Part shown: in pieces, positions 25,951-39,797 of the stretch | Position numbering within the stretch: position 1 is the stretch's first letter | Layout: each line of letters opens with the position of its first letter | Assembly: GCA_034780895.1 (NCBI GenBank) | Contig: JAUZTB010000071.1 | Location: forward strand, 14,088,276-14,152,275 | DNA: 64,000 nt | Origin: Rhynchobatus australiae | Taxonomy: Eukaryota | Direction of reading: 5' to 3' | Notes under the pieces: model-generated | The model's database searches: none | Told to the model about the DNA's origin: nothing | The model's input: the letters and a program-made list of their open reading frames with translations, nothing else | Position numbers and translations under genes: made by a program

Positions 25951-26551
25951 TTGGGGCTGCAGAAGCACAGAATGGTTGCAGCACAGAAAGAAGCAATTTG
26001 ACCTGTCAAATCCATGCAGTCTCTATCTGAACACAATCCAGTTATTTCCAATTTTCCACCCTCTCCCTATAGCCCTGCAAGTTGTATCGTTTCAGATACT
26101 TACCCAGATCCTTTTTGAATACTACAATTGAATCTGCCTCCACTACTGTTCCTGGAAGCATATCCCAGACCCTAACCACTCACTGTGTAAAAACAATGCA
26201 CCTCACGATGCATTTTTAGAGTCATACAATCAAACAGACCAGAAAGGGGCTCTTCAGCCCACCATGTCCATTGCTGATCTTTTTGCCCATCTCTACTCAT
26301 TCCATTTGCCCACATTAGGACCATATCCTTCGATATTTTGCCTATTTAAGTGCCTGTTAAATGCTTCTTAAACATAGTAATTGTATCTGATTCCACCACC
26401 TCCTCTGTCAATAAAATTCTTGGACCCATTCATCTCTCCTTCAATTCTGTTTCAGATCCAGGATTCTTCATCAGATCCCATGTGGTTGACTCATATTTGC
26501 TTTATCCTGGCAAGCTCCCCAGGTTACAATTAATTGAATAGACAATATATT

Positions 26552-26895
26552 TATTAAGAGGCATAGATCAAGTGGACAGTCAGAGACTTTTTCCCAGGGC
26601 AACAATGGTTAACGCGAGGGGACATAATTTTAAGGTACTTGGAGGAAGGTATAAGGGGGATGTCGGGATAAGTTTTTAAAACAGAGAGTGGTGGGTGCAC
26701 AGAACACACTGCCAGCAGAGGTTGTGGGGGCAGATACAATAGGGACATTTAAGAGACTCTTAGATAGACACATGAATGATAGAAAAATAGGCAGCTATGT
26801 GGGAGGGAAGGGTTAGATAGATCTTAGAGCAGGATAAAATGTTGGCACAACATTGTGGGTCAAAGGGCCTGTACTGTGCTGTAGTGTTCTATGTT
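26552..26895 (+). mobile_element. Young CR1-like LINE 3' end
   Basis: RGIDQVDSQRLFPRATMVNARGHNFKV. Near reverse complement of 58130-58470. Confidence 0.8.
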
Positions 26896-28659
26896 AGTGA
26901 TTTTTCTTTAAATGTGAATAAGAACTTATAGAATTTGAATCTGGTGAGAGAGAAAATTAAGTTCAGAGAGGAAAGGAGATCTGAAGTGAATTAGTTAATA
27001 TTATTCACATGCACTGGAAACCTAAAAGCCAAACAAGCAAACTAAACCTATAAATGGCAGCACAGGAAGAGATGGTGAAGTGTCTTTACTGAAAAAGGAG
27101 GGATTGTGAGCACCAGGTGTTGAACAAACACTGCGCTGAGAAGTATCACCAACTCACGTTGCTCAATCCCAACATCTCAGAAACTGAGTAGCAGATGGAG
27201 GCAATTTGACACACCAGGTGGGAGAGCAGGTTTGGAAGTGAAAGTTTGAGAGTCTTATTCAGCAATAGAAGGAAGCAGATCATGAAGAAGAAAACCTGAG
27301 TGACTAACTGGTATGGGGGTTGGAGAGTGGGGTAGGGAAGACAGAATGAGCTGGAGTGGCCAGGGTAGCTATCTACTTCCAAACAAATTTGAAGTTCTAT
27401 CTTTCTGTGAAGAAAATAACAACCTAGGTTGAGCCAACATAAATATCAAGGAGAAGAGGTGGTTCAGGTGAAAATGCAGTCAGGACAGAAGAAGTCAGTA
27501 GACAGGCTTCCACAATCTTGTACTGCCTAGACTTGATAGCCTTTGCATGGTTGGTTACCTCGTAAGTGCTATTGCACATTCTCACACATTAAGGGAAAAG
27601 ATTGTCATGTGTAAAGTATCTTTTTAAATTGAAATGCAACAAACTGCAGATTCCAGCAATCTGAAATAAGTACAGAGAGATACCCAACAGCTCGGGCAGT
27701 AACTGTGAAGAGAGGAATAAAGTTAATGTTTCAGATTTCATCAGACAATTTTAAGTTGCCTAAAATACATACTAAAATTGGAGTTTCAGAATAAAGGTCA
27801 TAAAGAAAATAGAATTACCAATTAAATTGAATTGTGGGATATTTAAACTAACTGAAAGTTTAGATTTCAAGAATATATAGCCCCTGTGTTGAGGAGATTG
27901 GAAATGAGTAAATAGATGGCTTATGAATTTCTCATTAGTAAGACATTAATGTCTTGTGCCTTATCTGGTCTTGTACAGGACCCTTTGTTCAAGAAAAGTC
28001 TATGAATTATGAGGGTATAATAGAACAAGTTTACATGTCAACATCTCATTAATATGAGTTCTTGCTGGGCTCAATATCACTCTTAAATGTGACTGGCACT
28101 AAAACCTCCTTATATGTGGGTTACTCAGCTTAACCAATTGGATGGAAAGGAGCAGATGGTCTCAGAATAAAATCAAGATAAGTATTTTAGAATTTATGAA
28201 AAGATAACTTGTAAGAGATTGCATAATTTTGGATTAATCCCTTTTCGGCAAAAATCCAGACTCAAAATATAAACCAGAAAATAAATATGAGGAGAATGCA
28301 AAGTTAAGTTTTAACAGATGTGCAACAAAATTATTTCCTTTCAGGTTTGGCAGTTTTCCATTGATAATATACTTTTCTCATTTTCTCTTCTCTTGGCTTG
28401 AAGCATCATGCAGGGTCCAATATTAATGCAAAGGCAAGTTTTGAACGGATGTGGAGAATTTCAGGCATGAAACCAGGAAGTAGGTCTGATTGAAAACATG
28501 AGAAGTAGAAGCAGGAATAAACCAGAAGGCCCCTCAAGTCCACTCAGCTGTTTAATATCATGGCTGTTCCATCTTGTCCTTTTTCCCACCCATTCACCAT
28601 AACCTCTCCGTGTTCAATGCACTGTGCATTTTGTCTTCAGTGCAATGCATGAAGCACTT

Positions 28660-29900
28660 TAATGGCCTCACCAGGTCAGGGCAAGTGAGCACACTTGCTT
28701 TTTTCCAGACTATGCAATCCCCATACTATAGTTTTTTGGCAAATCTGTTAAAACTTAGTCTATTTTCTGATGCCTTTTGGAAATCTAGATATATTTCATT
28801 CATTACATTAGCCCAATCTATTCTGTCTGTTGTCCCTTCAAAGGATTCAATAAGGTTAGCCACTTTTTCTATTGAAATACACCACGAGTATCAATTATAT
28901 TTACTGTTATTTGGTTTCTAGATGCCTATTTTTCCTCTCTAGTAAGGATACCATTATTTTCCCATTATTAATGTTAAGCAGCCTGGTCTATAATTCTTTG
29001 TGTGTACTCTTCACTCTATTCTTTATTTAGGTATAGTATTTGCTATATGCCTGTCCTCTAACATACCATTTCTAAAAAAAGTTTTCAAAATAAATAATAA
29101 AGCCTCATCTATCTCTTTACTAGATCCTTTTGAAGTACTTGGAAACAATTCATTGGAACCATGACATTTTTATCCTCTTTGAGTTTGATTGGTTTATTCA
29201 ATGCCTCTCTTTTCACTTTAAATACAATTCTATTATTTCCAATCACATCTTTCAATGCTATGTTCACCTGAATTGTATTCCGGTTAAATACTGAAGTAAA
29301 ATAATGATTTGCTAATCCTGCCTGTCTCTTCAGCTGTCTATTTTAACCAAGATGTCACTGAGAGACATTATTCCCATCCTAACTTACCTTTGCAGCCAGA
29401 GAATATTCTACTATTTTGCCTTAAAAATATTCAGAGACTCTGCTTCCACAGTCGTTTGAGAATTCCAAAGACCCTCTAAAAGAAAAAAAATCACATTATC
29501 TCTGTCTTTCTTGGGTGACCCATAATATTTAACTGTGATCCCTTGTACTCAATTCTCCCACTAGGCTAAACATCCTCCCCACATTCACCATGTCAAGAAT
29601 TTTTTGGGATCTTATATGTTTCAATCAAATCCACTCTCACTCCAGTGGATGCATGCCGAGCCTGTTCAAATTTTCCTCAGAAGACGACCTGCCCATTCTG
29701 GGTATCAGTTAGATAAACTTTCTCTGAACTGCTTCCAATGCATTAGCAATCTTCCTTAGATAAGGAGACCAATACTGTGCACTGTACTCCAGTTGCAGTC
29801 TCACTGAAATTCTATGAAGTTGAAGCATAACTTCCCTACTTTTGCAATTAATTCCCCTCACAATACACAGTTATGTTAGCTTTCATTATTACCTATTGTA
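28660..29900 (-). mobile_element. Decayed CR1-like LINE fragments
   Basis: tgccttttggaaatctagata (DFQKAF reversed) and taaggagaccaatactgtgcactgtactcc. Confidence 0.55.
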
Positions 29901-31444
29901 CTAGCATATTACTCTTGCAAAACACGTACACCGGGACATTGAGATCCATCTTTCCATATTTTTCCTTTCAAATTTCACATTTTCTTGCATTAAATTCTAT
30001 TTGTCAGATCTTTTCCCACTCATTTAACCCTATCTATATCCTTTTGTAGTCTCTTTAATCCTCTTCACTTTCTGTAGAAACAATACTTACTTTGCTAATT
30101 CTTTTCCTTTATAGACGTCAATGAAAACTCTTACAATCTGTTTTCTTGTATTTCTGGCTTTATTTTTTCCTTCCTCCTTANNNNNNNNNNNNNNNNNNNN
30201 NNNNNNNNNNNNNNNNNNNNNNNNNNNNNNNNNNNNNNNNNNNNNNNNNNNNNNNNNNNNNNNNNNNNNNNNNNNNNNNNAATTATCCTAGGTGTCTTAG
30301 ACAATATTCAGCCCTTGAGCTATATCAGTGAAAGCAGAAATATCTGGTCATTCCTACATTGCTATTTACGGAAGGTTGTTGTGTGCAAATATACTGCCAA
30401 AGTGTGCAACAGAGACCACATATCAGAAGTATTTTATTTCCTGTAAATTATTTAGAAATATCCAGGGGCTTAATTTAAATACAGGTCTTTCTTTCTCTTT
30501 TTTACCCTGAGGATTCCCAGTTTTTTTTTTGTTTTTCATTGGAATTCCAACATCGGCACTTTTAAAAATAAGTTATATTTCCTTTGTAATATTGACTGTT
30601 GTGGCAACTCTACTGTGGCAGGTACCTACTTAAATCAATGGATTTTGAAGTCATCTTCAGTAGGTTGGTTTGAATCCACATATACAACAGTGGTAGCGTG
30701 TTGAACTTAGATAATAAAAATCAGTCCAACTGAAGTCACCCGCTGAAAGTATGGGTTTGGCAATAAAATCATCCGCTGTCACTGAATAGTATATGTGTGG
30801 TCACTTAGGTAAGGTACTAGCTAGGCATCAGCATCTGTGGAATTGTGGAGCTGAATGCATGTAAGAGCACAACCATCGAGATAGAAATGGCTTATAACTG
30901 AAGAGAAAGTGGGATGATTGCTCAGTGGTTAGAATTAAGAATGAAATTCAAAGCTGCATCTGAAAATCTTCATGTTGGTGAAGGTGCGTTCACCAGAAGC
31001 AAAGAAAACTGCGCTGCATTCTTTAACTAAAATCGACTTACTTCGAACTTTATTCTAAGTTTTCCTTCTCTCTTGAAGTTGCCTCTTGGGATACAGTTTG
31101 ATAGGGATTGGTAACTCATCCAAGTTATGTTCTTCATTGTGGAATCCCATTGGTTATATCTTGTCAACCTCAAAATGAACTATTTAGTCCTAGTCCATTT
31201 TCTGGACACTGAGTGATGTTGGCTATTTGAACATTGCCTTTTTAATATTTTCCCCAGCTGCAATGAACACACTGAAATATTATTGGTTATTCACCAGAAG
31301 TACAATTTGTAACTATCTTTGGTGAGTAAAGTTAGATGTGGTGAGCCAAAGGGCCTGCTTCTGTGCTGTAAGATTCTATGCCTCTAGCCAAGATCAGAAC
31401 TATCATTCACCTCTACCTCTGAACGGCATTAAACTGAGGTAACA

Positions 31445-31570
31445 ACCTGCTCGAGAAACTTAACAGGTCAAGCAATCTGTGGGGGTGAAAGGAATTGTTG
31501 ATGTTTCGGGTCAAAACCCTGCATCAGGGTTTGTTGCTCCAGATTCCAGCATCTGTAGTCTCTTGTGTCA
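31445..31570 (-). mobile_element. Penelope-associated repeat with hammerhead-like core
   Basis: Minus strand reads CTGATGC-A-GGG(TTTTGA)CCC-GAAA-CATC, next to ccagattccagcatctg. Confidence 0.55.
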
Positions 31571-31999
31571 CCATTATATTGAGGTAAACTAGCTACTTCC
31601 CCTAAAAAGGCAGTATAAATACCCCAAAGGTTTAGTGCATTAACAATGCTACTAACTCTTCATTTAACAATATGCCTGAATGTGTAATGTTTTCTGTCAG
31701 CTTTTAACATCAAGGGAGAGTAAGTTTGTTGAATGGATTCATCATTTAGACATTGACACTAATGGGTATGTCACTGATCTTATCAGCTTACTGCTCTGAT
31801 GTGAATGTTATGATTTTTCAATTGTCAGCATCTGGCTCTGGGTAGGGAATGATGCCTTTTCCAGGTCAGCAAATAAAAGTGATGCACAGCCTGGAAGAAA
31901 GCAATTGCTCGTCCTGGGCTTTGTGGATGTCCCACATTATAATTAACATTGTGTGGTGTGCCTCGTAGCTTGGTGCTGCTGAGCGAAGCAGTTCATGTA

Positions 32000-32358
32000 A
32001 TATATAAGATCATGAGGGGCATAGTCTGGGTGAAGGTACATAGTCTTAATCCCAGGGAGGAGGTGCTAAAAACAAGAGGGCATAGGTTTAAGATCAGAGG
32101 CAAAGAGATTTAAAAGGGACAACAGGGGGCAGCTTCTTCATGCAAGGGTGGTGCGTGTTTGGAATGAGCTGCCAGAAATAGTGCTTTGAAGCAGGTACAT
32201 TGGCAATGTTTGAAAGCCATCTAGATAAGCACATGGGTAGGACAGGTTTAGAGGGCTATGGCCAAACGTGGGCAGGTAGGATTAGCTCTCTGGGCAAAAC
32301 AGTCAGCAGGGACAAGTTGGGCCGAAGGGCCTGTTTCCATGCTGTAAGACTCTATGAC
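32000..32358 (+). mobile_element. CR1-like LINE 3' end
   Basis: YKIMRGI..TRGHRFK, with tail ttgggccgaagggcctgtttccatgctgta. Confidence 0.75.
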
Positions 32359-32540
32359 CCAGGTCCAGTTCTTTAAGAATGCAAGGAAGAATAAGAAGTC
32401 AGACTTCATGTAACGGCACTAATTTCCTTTATATTCAGAGNNNNNNNNNNNNNNNNNNNNNNNNNNNNNNNNNNNNNNNNNNNNNNNNNNNNNNNNNNNN
32501 NNNNNNNNNNNNNNNNNNNNNNNNNNNNNNNNNNNNNNNN

Positions 32541-33300
32541 GAGTCTAATTCACTTATTATTCCTTTGCAGCCTCTTTCTATTCTCCTCACACATCAGTTT
32601 TCCACCTTGCTTTGTGCTGCCAGCAAACTTGGTTTCTCCATATTTAGTCCTCTATTCAAAGGCATTGAGATAATTTATAAAAAGCTGAGGCCCAAGAACT
32701 GATTACCACAGAACTGACAGCCTGTAAATTGTGTATCCCTTTTCTGTTTTTTGTTTGTTAATCCATGCTGATATATTACCCCCAACCTCATGAACCCTAA
32801 ATATGTGCAATAAACTCTTGTCCAGTACATTATTGAATGCTTTTGGAAATCCAAATACACTACATCCACTGATTTCCTTATACCTACTCTGCTGGTTATA
32901 ACCACCACAAATCTCAATCCCAATATCCATCCAGTGATCACTGATTTGTCAAATTCAACTTCGCTTTAGTAAATCCACAGCAGCCCACTTAATTCTGTTG
33001 AACTTTTTAAGTGTTCTGTTAAGATGTCCCTAATAATCGATTCCAACACTTTCCCCGTTACTAATGTAAAGTTAAATGGTCTTTGGTTTGATTTTCTTTC
33101 CCTCTCTCTTACTCTTGAATAGCTGGGTTACGACCCTACCTTGAGGGCCACTTTAAATCCAGGGCATGCTGGAAAATCATTTTCTCTATAGCCACCTCTT
33201 TTAAAACCATAAGACACAGGCTGTCTTCTTGGGATCTGTAGGCTTTTACTCCCATTCTACTCCTCCACCACTTATTTTCAAATACTAATTTCTTTAAGAT
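32541..33300 (-). mobile_element. CR1-like LINE RT fragment
   Basis: ORF 32675-32941 contains SVDVVYLDFQK. Confidence 0.75.
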
Positions 33301-34211
33301 ACATTATCTCAATAAGGGTGTTATTCAGAACTAGGGAGTGATGAAATTTCCTGAAAATTTCCACTTCTCATTGCTGTTCAGTAAGTATTGCCAAAGAGGA
33401 TACGTGTGTAGACAGGGTGAAGCAAGGCTGTGACGTACACTCACAGGTGAATACCTTGCCAGTGCTCACTATCTAACTTCACACAATGGCCACCTTAGTG
33501 AGATAGAGGTCTGAGATTGTACATTTGAGACAGAGAACAATCTTATCACAGAAGTCCATAAATCAAGAGTAAATGAGTGTGCCAAATGGCAGGCTGTACC
33601 ATGATGACCTTGTTGCAGATCAGCATGGTACTGGTTAATCATCTCCTTGGCTGAGTTAGTGTACTTAACAGGTTGGTGTGGCAGAGCAAAGTCCAACATC
33701 TTTCCCACAAGTATAGTAAATGAAGCATGCAGATAGAGACCTCGGGAGAAGTTTATAACTTTATGCAGAGGGCTGAAATGAGCTGGTGAAAATGGGAGTA
33801 ATTTTGTTTTTTTGAAGAGGTGTCTTTGAGTGGCCCAGCTGTTTAATCTTTAAACACTGCAGGTGAGCCAAACTTGTGCTTGGCTGAGAGCCACACATCT
33901 GTGTTTGCCAGTAGTCATCACTGGATTGATGTTGGCACTGAGAAGCAATTTAACACATTCTTCCCCCCGCCCCCCTTCACTTGTTATCCTACAAGTGTTA
34001 CATGGTTCAGTGAGTTACAACAGCAAAGACACTGAGTAGTCTTTACTGGGAGGACAAATAAACAGGACAAGGTGTTGCATGGCACTCACAGTGCAGACCT
34101 AGAGAATAGTAGCAAGGGCTGTGGGCCTCTGTAAAATTACACCCTGAATGGGAGAAGACAGGAGATGCATGTTCAGGTGATGCGTGACTAATTACTAAAC
34201 AGGAGTATTGA

Positions 34212-34709
34212 TACAGGTCCTCCCCAGGTTACGAATGCCCAACTTGTGTACAGCCTGTACATACGATCAAGGGTTTGGGAGACCAGTGAGATGGATTTGC
34301 CAGCTGCTGAGGGGCGGCAGGCAACTGTTCTTGACACTAGCTAGAACTTTGCTGCATCGAACCCAAGAAGAGTGAAGAATACGTTCTAGTTAACAAGTTG
34401 ATGTCCATTTTGCAAATCCTGTCTAGAGACACCCTATCCAGGCCAGCAGCAGTGTCTGTTTTAAAACAATCAATAGTATTTAAAACCTCATCTGCAGTAA
34501 AACCTTTTGAAAGAATATCATTATCAGCCTGAGGTAGGCTCAGGCTAAATCTGTCACTATTAACTTTATTATTAAGATATACTTTGGGACAACCCACCTT
34601 TGCAGGCATCTTCTGCTGGGTGGGAACTCAGTTCATGGTTGCAGTTCTTATTTAAGAACTGAACACTTCTCAGGAATGGGACTCTGCCATAACCTGGGAA
34701 GGACCTGTA
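34212..34709. mobile_element. Tc1/mariner-pogo (Tigger-like) MITE
   Basis: TA target duplication at 34212-34213 and 34708-34709. Terminal inverted repeats CAGGTCCTCCCCAGGTTACG and CAGGTCCTTCCCAGGTTATG match at 18 of 20 positions. Confidence 0.8.
34324..34601 (-). pseudogene. Non-LTR retrotransposon ORF fragment (region just upstream of the RT core), possibly R2-like
   Basis: ORF segment FTADEVLNTIDCFKTDTAAGLDRVSL resembles the T.EEV..A....K...APGPDG motif of non-LTR reverse transcriptases. Confidence 0.65.
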
Positions 34710-37700
34710 GACACTTAGTTTTTATGGGCAATACTGATCTTAACAAAATGTTTCTTAACAAACTGCTTAACTGAATCATTTATCAGAATCTAACTGTGCA
34801 TTTTATTTCTTAATCTGAAAGTTCCTACTTTATAACTCATATTTACCTCACTTAACAACTGCTACATAACTTACAATTCTCTCTCCTGGTTGTGAAGGAA
34901 TTTATTTGAAATATAACATTATAATGAGCATTATAAATCAGGTAGAAACAAGCTGTGGTTTTGGCAAGTCTACTGTCTCTAATGGAATTTTTCAAAATGT
35001 AATGTTCAATTGCCCTGTCTTAATCAGACTATCTAAGCATCAAGCAGCACTCATGCAAATATTGTATTGTTGCACACAAATCCCTAGATGGTAAAATCAG
35101 CTGGACTGTCAGTCCTTAATGGAATCTGGCAGATAAATAAGTAGCCAAATTGCACAGGTACTTATGGTTTGACTGAATGCACTGCCTCTTCATATCCATC
35201 CGAATCNNNNNNNNNNNNNNNNNNNNNNNNNNNNNNNNNNNNNNNNNNNNNNNNNNNNNNNNNNNNNNNNNNNNNNNNNNNNNNNNNNNNNNNNNNNNNN
35301 NNNNNNNNNNNNNNNNNNNNNNNNNNNNNNNNNNNNNNNNNNNNNNNNNNNNNNNNNNNNNNNNNNNNNNNNNNNNNNNNNNNNNNNNNNNNNNNNNNNN
35401 NNNNNNNNNNNNNNNNNNNNNNNNNNNNNNNNNNNNNNNNNNNNNNNNNNNNNNNNNNNNGTCACACATGAATCAACAAGGTGGACAACCAGAGATCTTC
35501 AGTCAAATTTCTGCTTGCTTAGGATATAACTCTGTTGTCTGCACTTCCAAAATTCAGCACTCTCTCTCTCTGAGTTAACGACGGACATGGGATCATTCAG
35601 TTCAGAAAGCTACACTTTTGGTGGGGAGCTTTGACTACTAGGAGAGCAAACTGGGAATTCAGGCATGATAGATGGAAAATCTGGTGGGTGCTTGGCCACA
35701 ATCCTGAGAGGAATCCACAGCAAATGACATCTTGTAGTTTGCTCTCAACTATTTTACATGAAGGAGCTGGAATCAAATTTCAACTTTCTTCAGAACTGCC
35801 TCCAAATGTAAGGTGCTAAGGTGACCATGAAGACAAAAGCAGCATTAGAACTGAACCCCAAGAACAGCTATTTACATAATAGCTGAATTTTGTGCAACAA
35901 TTTTGATCTTTTATTTAAATCTTTTTAAGTATTCTTCTTATATAATCAGAACAGTGCTCAATTATTTGAGATACAGGCTAATGAAAAATGTAAGGTATCT
36001 GATGTTATTTTGGCTGATGGTGTGTTTTCTTTGTTACAGTTGAATCAGCTTCCAGTGCTAAGCTGGTTATAATGACTCTCTCCTTGAATCTGTTTTGGCT
36101 CTTGCATGGGTGACCTCATAACGGAGCAAAACTCAATGGTAAACTTTCAACAATGCTTGCTTTAAATCATTCTGGAAAATGGAACAGTTTGAATTTCAAA
36201 CTTTTTTTTGAGAAAGTGATACATAGAAGAATGTCTCTTATTTAGAGTTCAGTACCTGAAACAGATTGTGGGTAGGTTAGAGATTAAAAAACGCTCAAGG
36301 AACAGTTGTGTGTGTAGGAGAGAACAATGCAGCTCCTTTCTAGTTGTATAAACCAAGAGAGGCCAAAAGGGACTCCTCATCTATCTTATGACCGCATTTC
36401 CCTTATTCAGGCATTTTTCCTTAACTAGTATGTTATAATCAGCTACTAGAAGTTACAGGAAAGTCTAGCATTATTCACTATAGCACTCCTTTTTGTACCT
36501 TAATTTGAAATGGTTTAGCTGATCTCTGTGATGTTATCAACATAGATGGTATGTTATGGCTGTTTTAAGTCCCTAATGTACACTAATATATTGACAGCCA
36601 GCTCCTTCTGGCCTTGGGGTTTAATCTTTTCTTTATTATTCCATTTTAGTGTGTATTTTCCTTTCAGATTCCATCTGTTTTATTTAAATGTTTTGCCAAT
36701 GTGCATATTTTCTATGTTTTACCTTCTGCAACAGGACTGCTGCATCCATTTCCAACAGTTTTACATCATCTTTCTCTTCTGCTTAAAGCCACTCATGGCA
36801 CTCACTTCCAATCGCTACTCCCTCCTGCCCAAGATCAGACCCTAACCTCAAGCTCCAAGGACCTTACCCACAATTTAAGGGATGTTCCCAGTAATTGCTG
36901 AAGATCACCTTAAATGAGTGGTTTCAATGCTTTTAAAAAGGCATTAAAAACATAGTTGGACCAGTTTATGCTGGTTCCTTGCAACAGTCAGGAAAGCTTT
37001 TTCAGCGATCCAGATGATTGGCTTAGGTCAAGTTTGAGGATATGGATCAGTTCAGAATGCAGGGTGGGTTATAGCCAGAAAGAAGGTAAGGTATGGTCAT
37101 GGGGAGGAAGTGCTGATGGAGAACTTGTCCACCTCAGAATGTTTTGGATTATGCAGGTTCATTCAGGTTATGCTGAGAAAATACATTTCAGGAATTCCAC
37201 TCTCCCCCAACCCAACCTATACCTTGCCTCTCAACCCAACCACCCAGATCTTTCCTAGTTCCAAGCTTCATCCTCTCACTACTTCCACTCCGTGCTGCCT
37301 TTCTTCCCAATGCTGACCTATCCCCCAAAAAGAAGTCACTATATTTTTTCATTGGAAATCTGTAAGCCCCCCTCTGCTGTCACACATCCCAAATTTACTA
37401 TCCACCGCTAGCCTCTGTGCTACATATTACATTCATAGACTCCCTGGTGTTATAGCCCACCAACCATCTATTTCTTTAACTGTAATATCCATCTCCTATA
37501 GTTCATGGTAATGATTGTCAATGATTTAAATGTCTCCATAGAAATATAAATGTAATGATAGAAATCAAGTCATTGTTAGCCCTCCCACATAATTCTACTG
37601 TAAATAGTGTGATAGACATAGAATGTTTATTGCCCATGGTGCCTGTCCATCTGATCTCTCAAAAATGAGCATTTCTGGTTCAAGGGAGGCTCATTTTGTA

Positions 37701-38024
37701 TCTTTTTGATTAGTTCATTGTTTATACGATATATTTTTCTACTAATTCAAAATAGTGAAACAAAATAACCTATAAAAAGGTTCTTTTCATGAGAATTAGA
37801 TCTGTGCAGATTTCTGTCCAACTAATATACTTTTCTCAAAAGCCTGTGAATGCATTATTAACTCCCACATCTGTCCCAGTTTCTCTTACATTCGCTATTT
37901 ATTTCTCTTCATACAGAATTCCACCTTTCCACAACTTCAAAGTCTTAATCAAAGATATGAAGTGTAGTCTTGGTCATTGTAACCATGATATATCTCTCCT
38001 GATCTCTCTAAGATATTAAGAAAC

Positions 38025-38115
38025 AAACAAGATGCTGGAGGAACTCAGGAGGTCAGGCAGCATCTGTGGGGGGAAATAGTTGAAGTTTCTGGTTGAGACT
38101 CTTCATCTGGACTCA
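38025..38115 (-). mobile_element. Penelope-associated repeat abutting an assembly gap
   Basis: gatgctggaggaactcaggaggtcaggcagcatctg signature. Minus strand reads CAGATGA...GAAAC. Confidence 0.55.
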
Positions 38116-39034
38116 TTGNNNNNNNNNNNNNNNNNNNNNNNNNNNNNNNNNNNNNNNNNNNNNNNNNNNNNNNNNNNNNNNNNNNNNNNNNNNNNNNNNN
38201 NNNNNNNNNNNNNNNNNNNNNNNNNNNNNNNNNNNNNNNNNNNNNNNNNNNNNNNNNNNNNNNNNNNNNNNNNNNNNNNNNNNNNNNNNNNNNNNNNNNN
38301 NNNNNNNNNNNNNNNNNNNNNNNNNNNNNNNNNNNNNNNNNNNNNNNNNNNNNNNNACACATATCAACAGCTTCTCTCTTCATGGCTGCTGTCTCCAGAT
38401 GAATTATTGTTTCTGATGCACAGTTAACCACCACATCATCAGCTACATCCACTGCGAGAGTAGTCCATCCATCTCATGGCCACTTCCCCACTGAACCATT
38501 TCATCATTCTCATTGCCAGCTTCCTGACCTCCTTAGATGTCTGCTTATCCACAATTGTGCTGATTATCTGTAGTTCCACCCTGAGTTCCACTCATTCTCA
38601 CTGACCAACAATGGTTCGCATCACCACTATGCCTCAAATTTAAAGAACACTTCTTTGTGTTTAAGACCCTTTATGATCTTGTCACTCAATATTCCAGCTT
38701 TTTACTCCTTGCCCTCCCTCCTTTTCTTGTCCTTGGTATTCTGCCTCTGACTTGTTCAATCCCATTCCCTACCCCAGCCCCCAACATCATTAGTGGCTGT
38801 GTTTTTAATTCCCTACTCTCTATATTCTGTGTACCCCTTCCTCTATCTCTCTGGCTTTCCTGGTCCCTCTTCCTCTTTGAATCTCCAAAGAATTCACTTC
38901 TGTCATCAAACTTTGGTCAGTCCTCATAATATCTCCTCCTTTATTTCCACATCTATTTAATTGTTAATTATATTTTTCATTTGCAATTTTGGACATTTTT
39001 CTACATTGAAAGCTAAATTCAGAGTCCTACATAG

Positions 39035-39765
39035 GAACGTAGAGTCATTGAATCTTACAGCACAGAAACAGGCCCTTCGGCCCAACTGGTCCATGCTGAC
39101 CAAGATTCCCATCTAAGCTAGTTCCATTTGCCCATATCCCTNNNNNNNNNNNNNNNNNNNNNNNNNNNNNNNNNNNNNNNNNNNNNNNNNNNNNNNNNNN
39201 NNNNNNNNNNNNNNNNNNNNNNNNNNNNNNNNNNNNNNNNNNNNNNNNNNNNNNNNNNNNNNNNNNNNNNNNNNNNNNNNNNNNNNNNNNNNNNNNNNNN
39301 NNNNNNNNNNNNNNNNNNNNNNNNNNNNNNNNNNNNNNNNNNNNNNNNNNNNNNNNNNNNNNNNNNNNNNNNNNNNNNNNNNNNNNNNNNNNNNNNNNNN
39401 NNNNNNNNNNNNNNNNNNNNNNNNNNNNNNNNNNNNNNNNNNNNNNNNNNNNNNNNNNNNNNNNNNNNNNNNNNNNNNNNNNNNNNNNNNNNNNNNNNNN
39501 NNNNNNNNNNNNNNNNNNNNNNNNNNNNNNNNNNNNNNNNNNNNNNNNNNNNNNNNNNNNNNNNNNNNNNNNNNNNNNNNNNNNNNNNNNNNNNNNNNNN
39601 NNNNNNNNNNNNNNNNNNNNNNNNNNNNNNNNNNNNNNNNNACTGAACACAATATTCCAAATGCAGCCTCACCAACATCTTGTACAACTGCAACATAACA
39701 TCCCAACTTCTATACTCAGTGCCCTGATCAATGAAGGCCAGTGTGCCAAAAGCCTTCTTCATCAT
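39035..39765 (-). mobile_element. CR1-like LINE 3' region spanning a 500-N gap
   Basis: KKAFGTLAFIDQGTEYRSWDVMLQLYKMLVRLHLEYCVQ, with tail gggccgaagggcctgtttctgtgctgta. Confidence 0.8.
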
Positions 39766-39766
39766 A

Positions 39767-39770
<4 letters not shown>

Positions 39771-39796
<26 letters not shown>
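39771..39796. repeat. (TG)13 microsatellite
   Basis: Direct read. Confidence 0.95.

Positions 39797-39797
<1 letters not shown>

Noticed and set aside
33469-33708. 79-aa minus-strand ORF near the RT fragment
   Set aside because: No recognisable motif or convincing splice signals.
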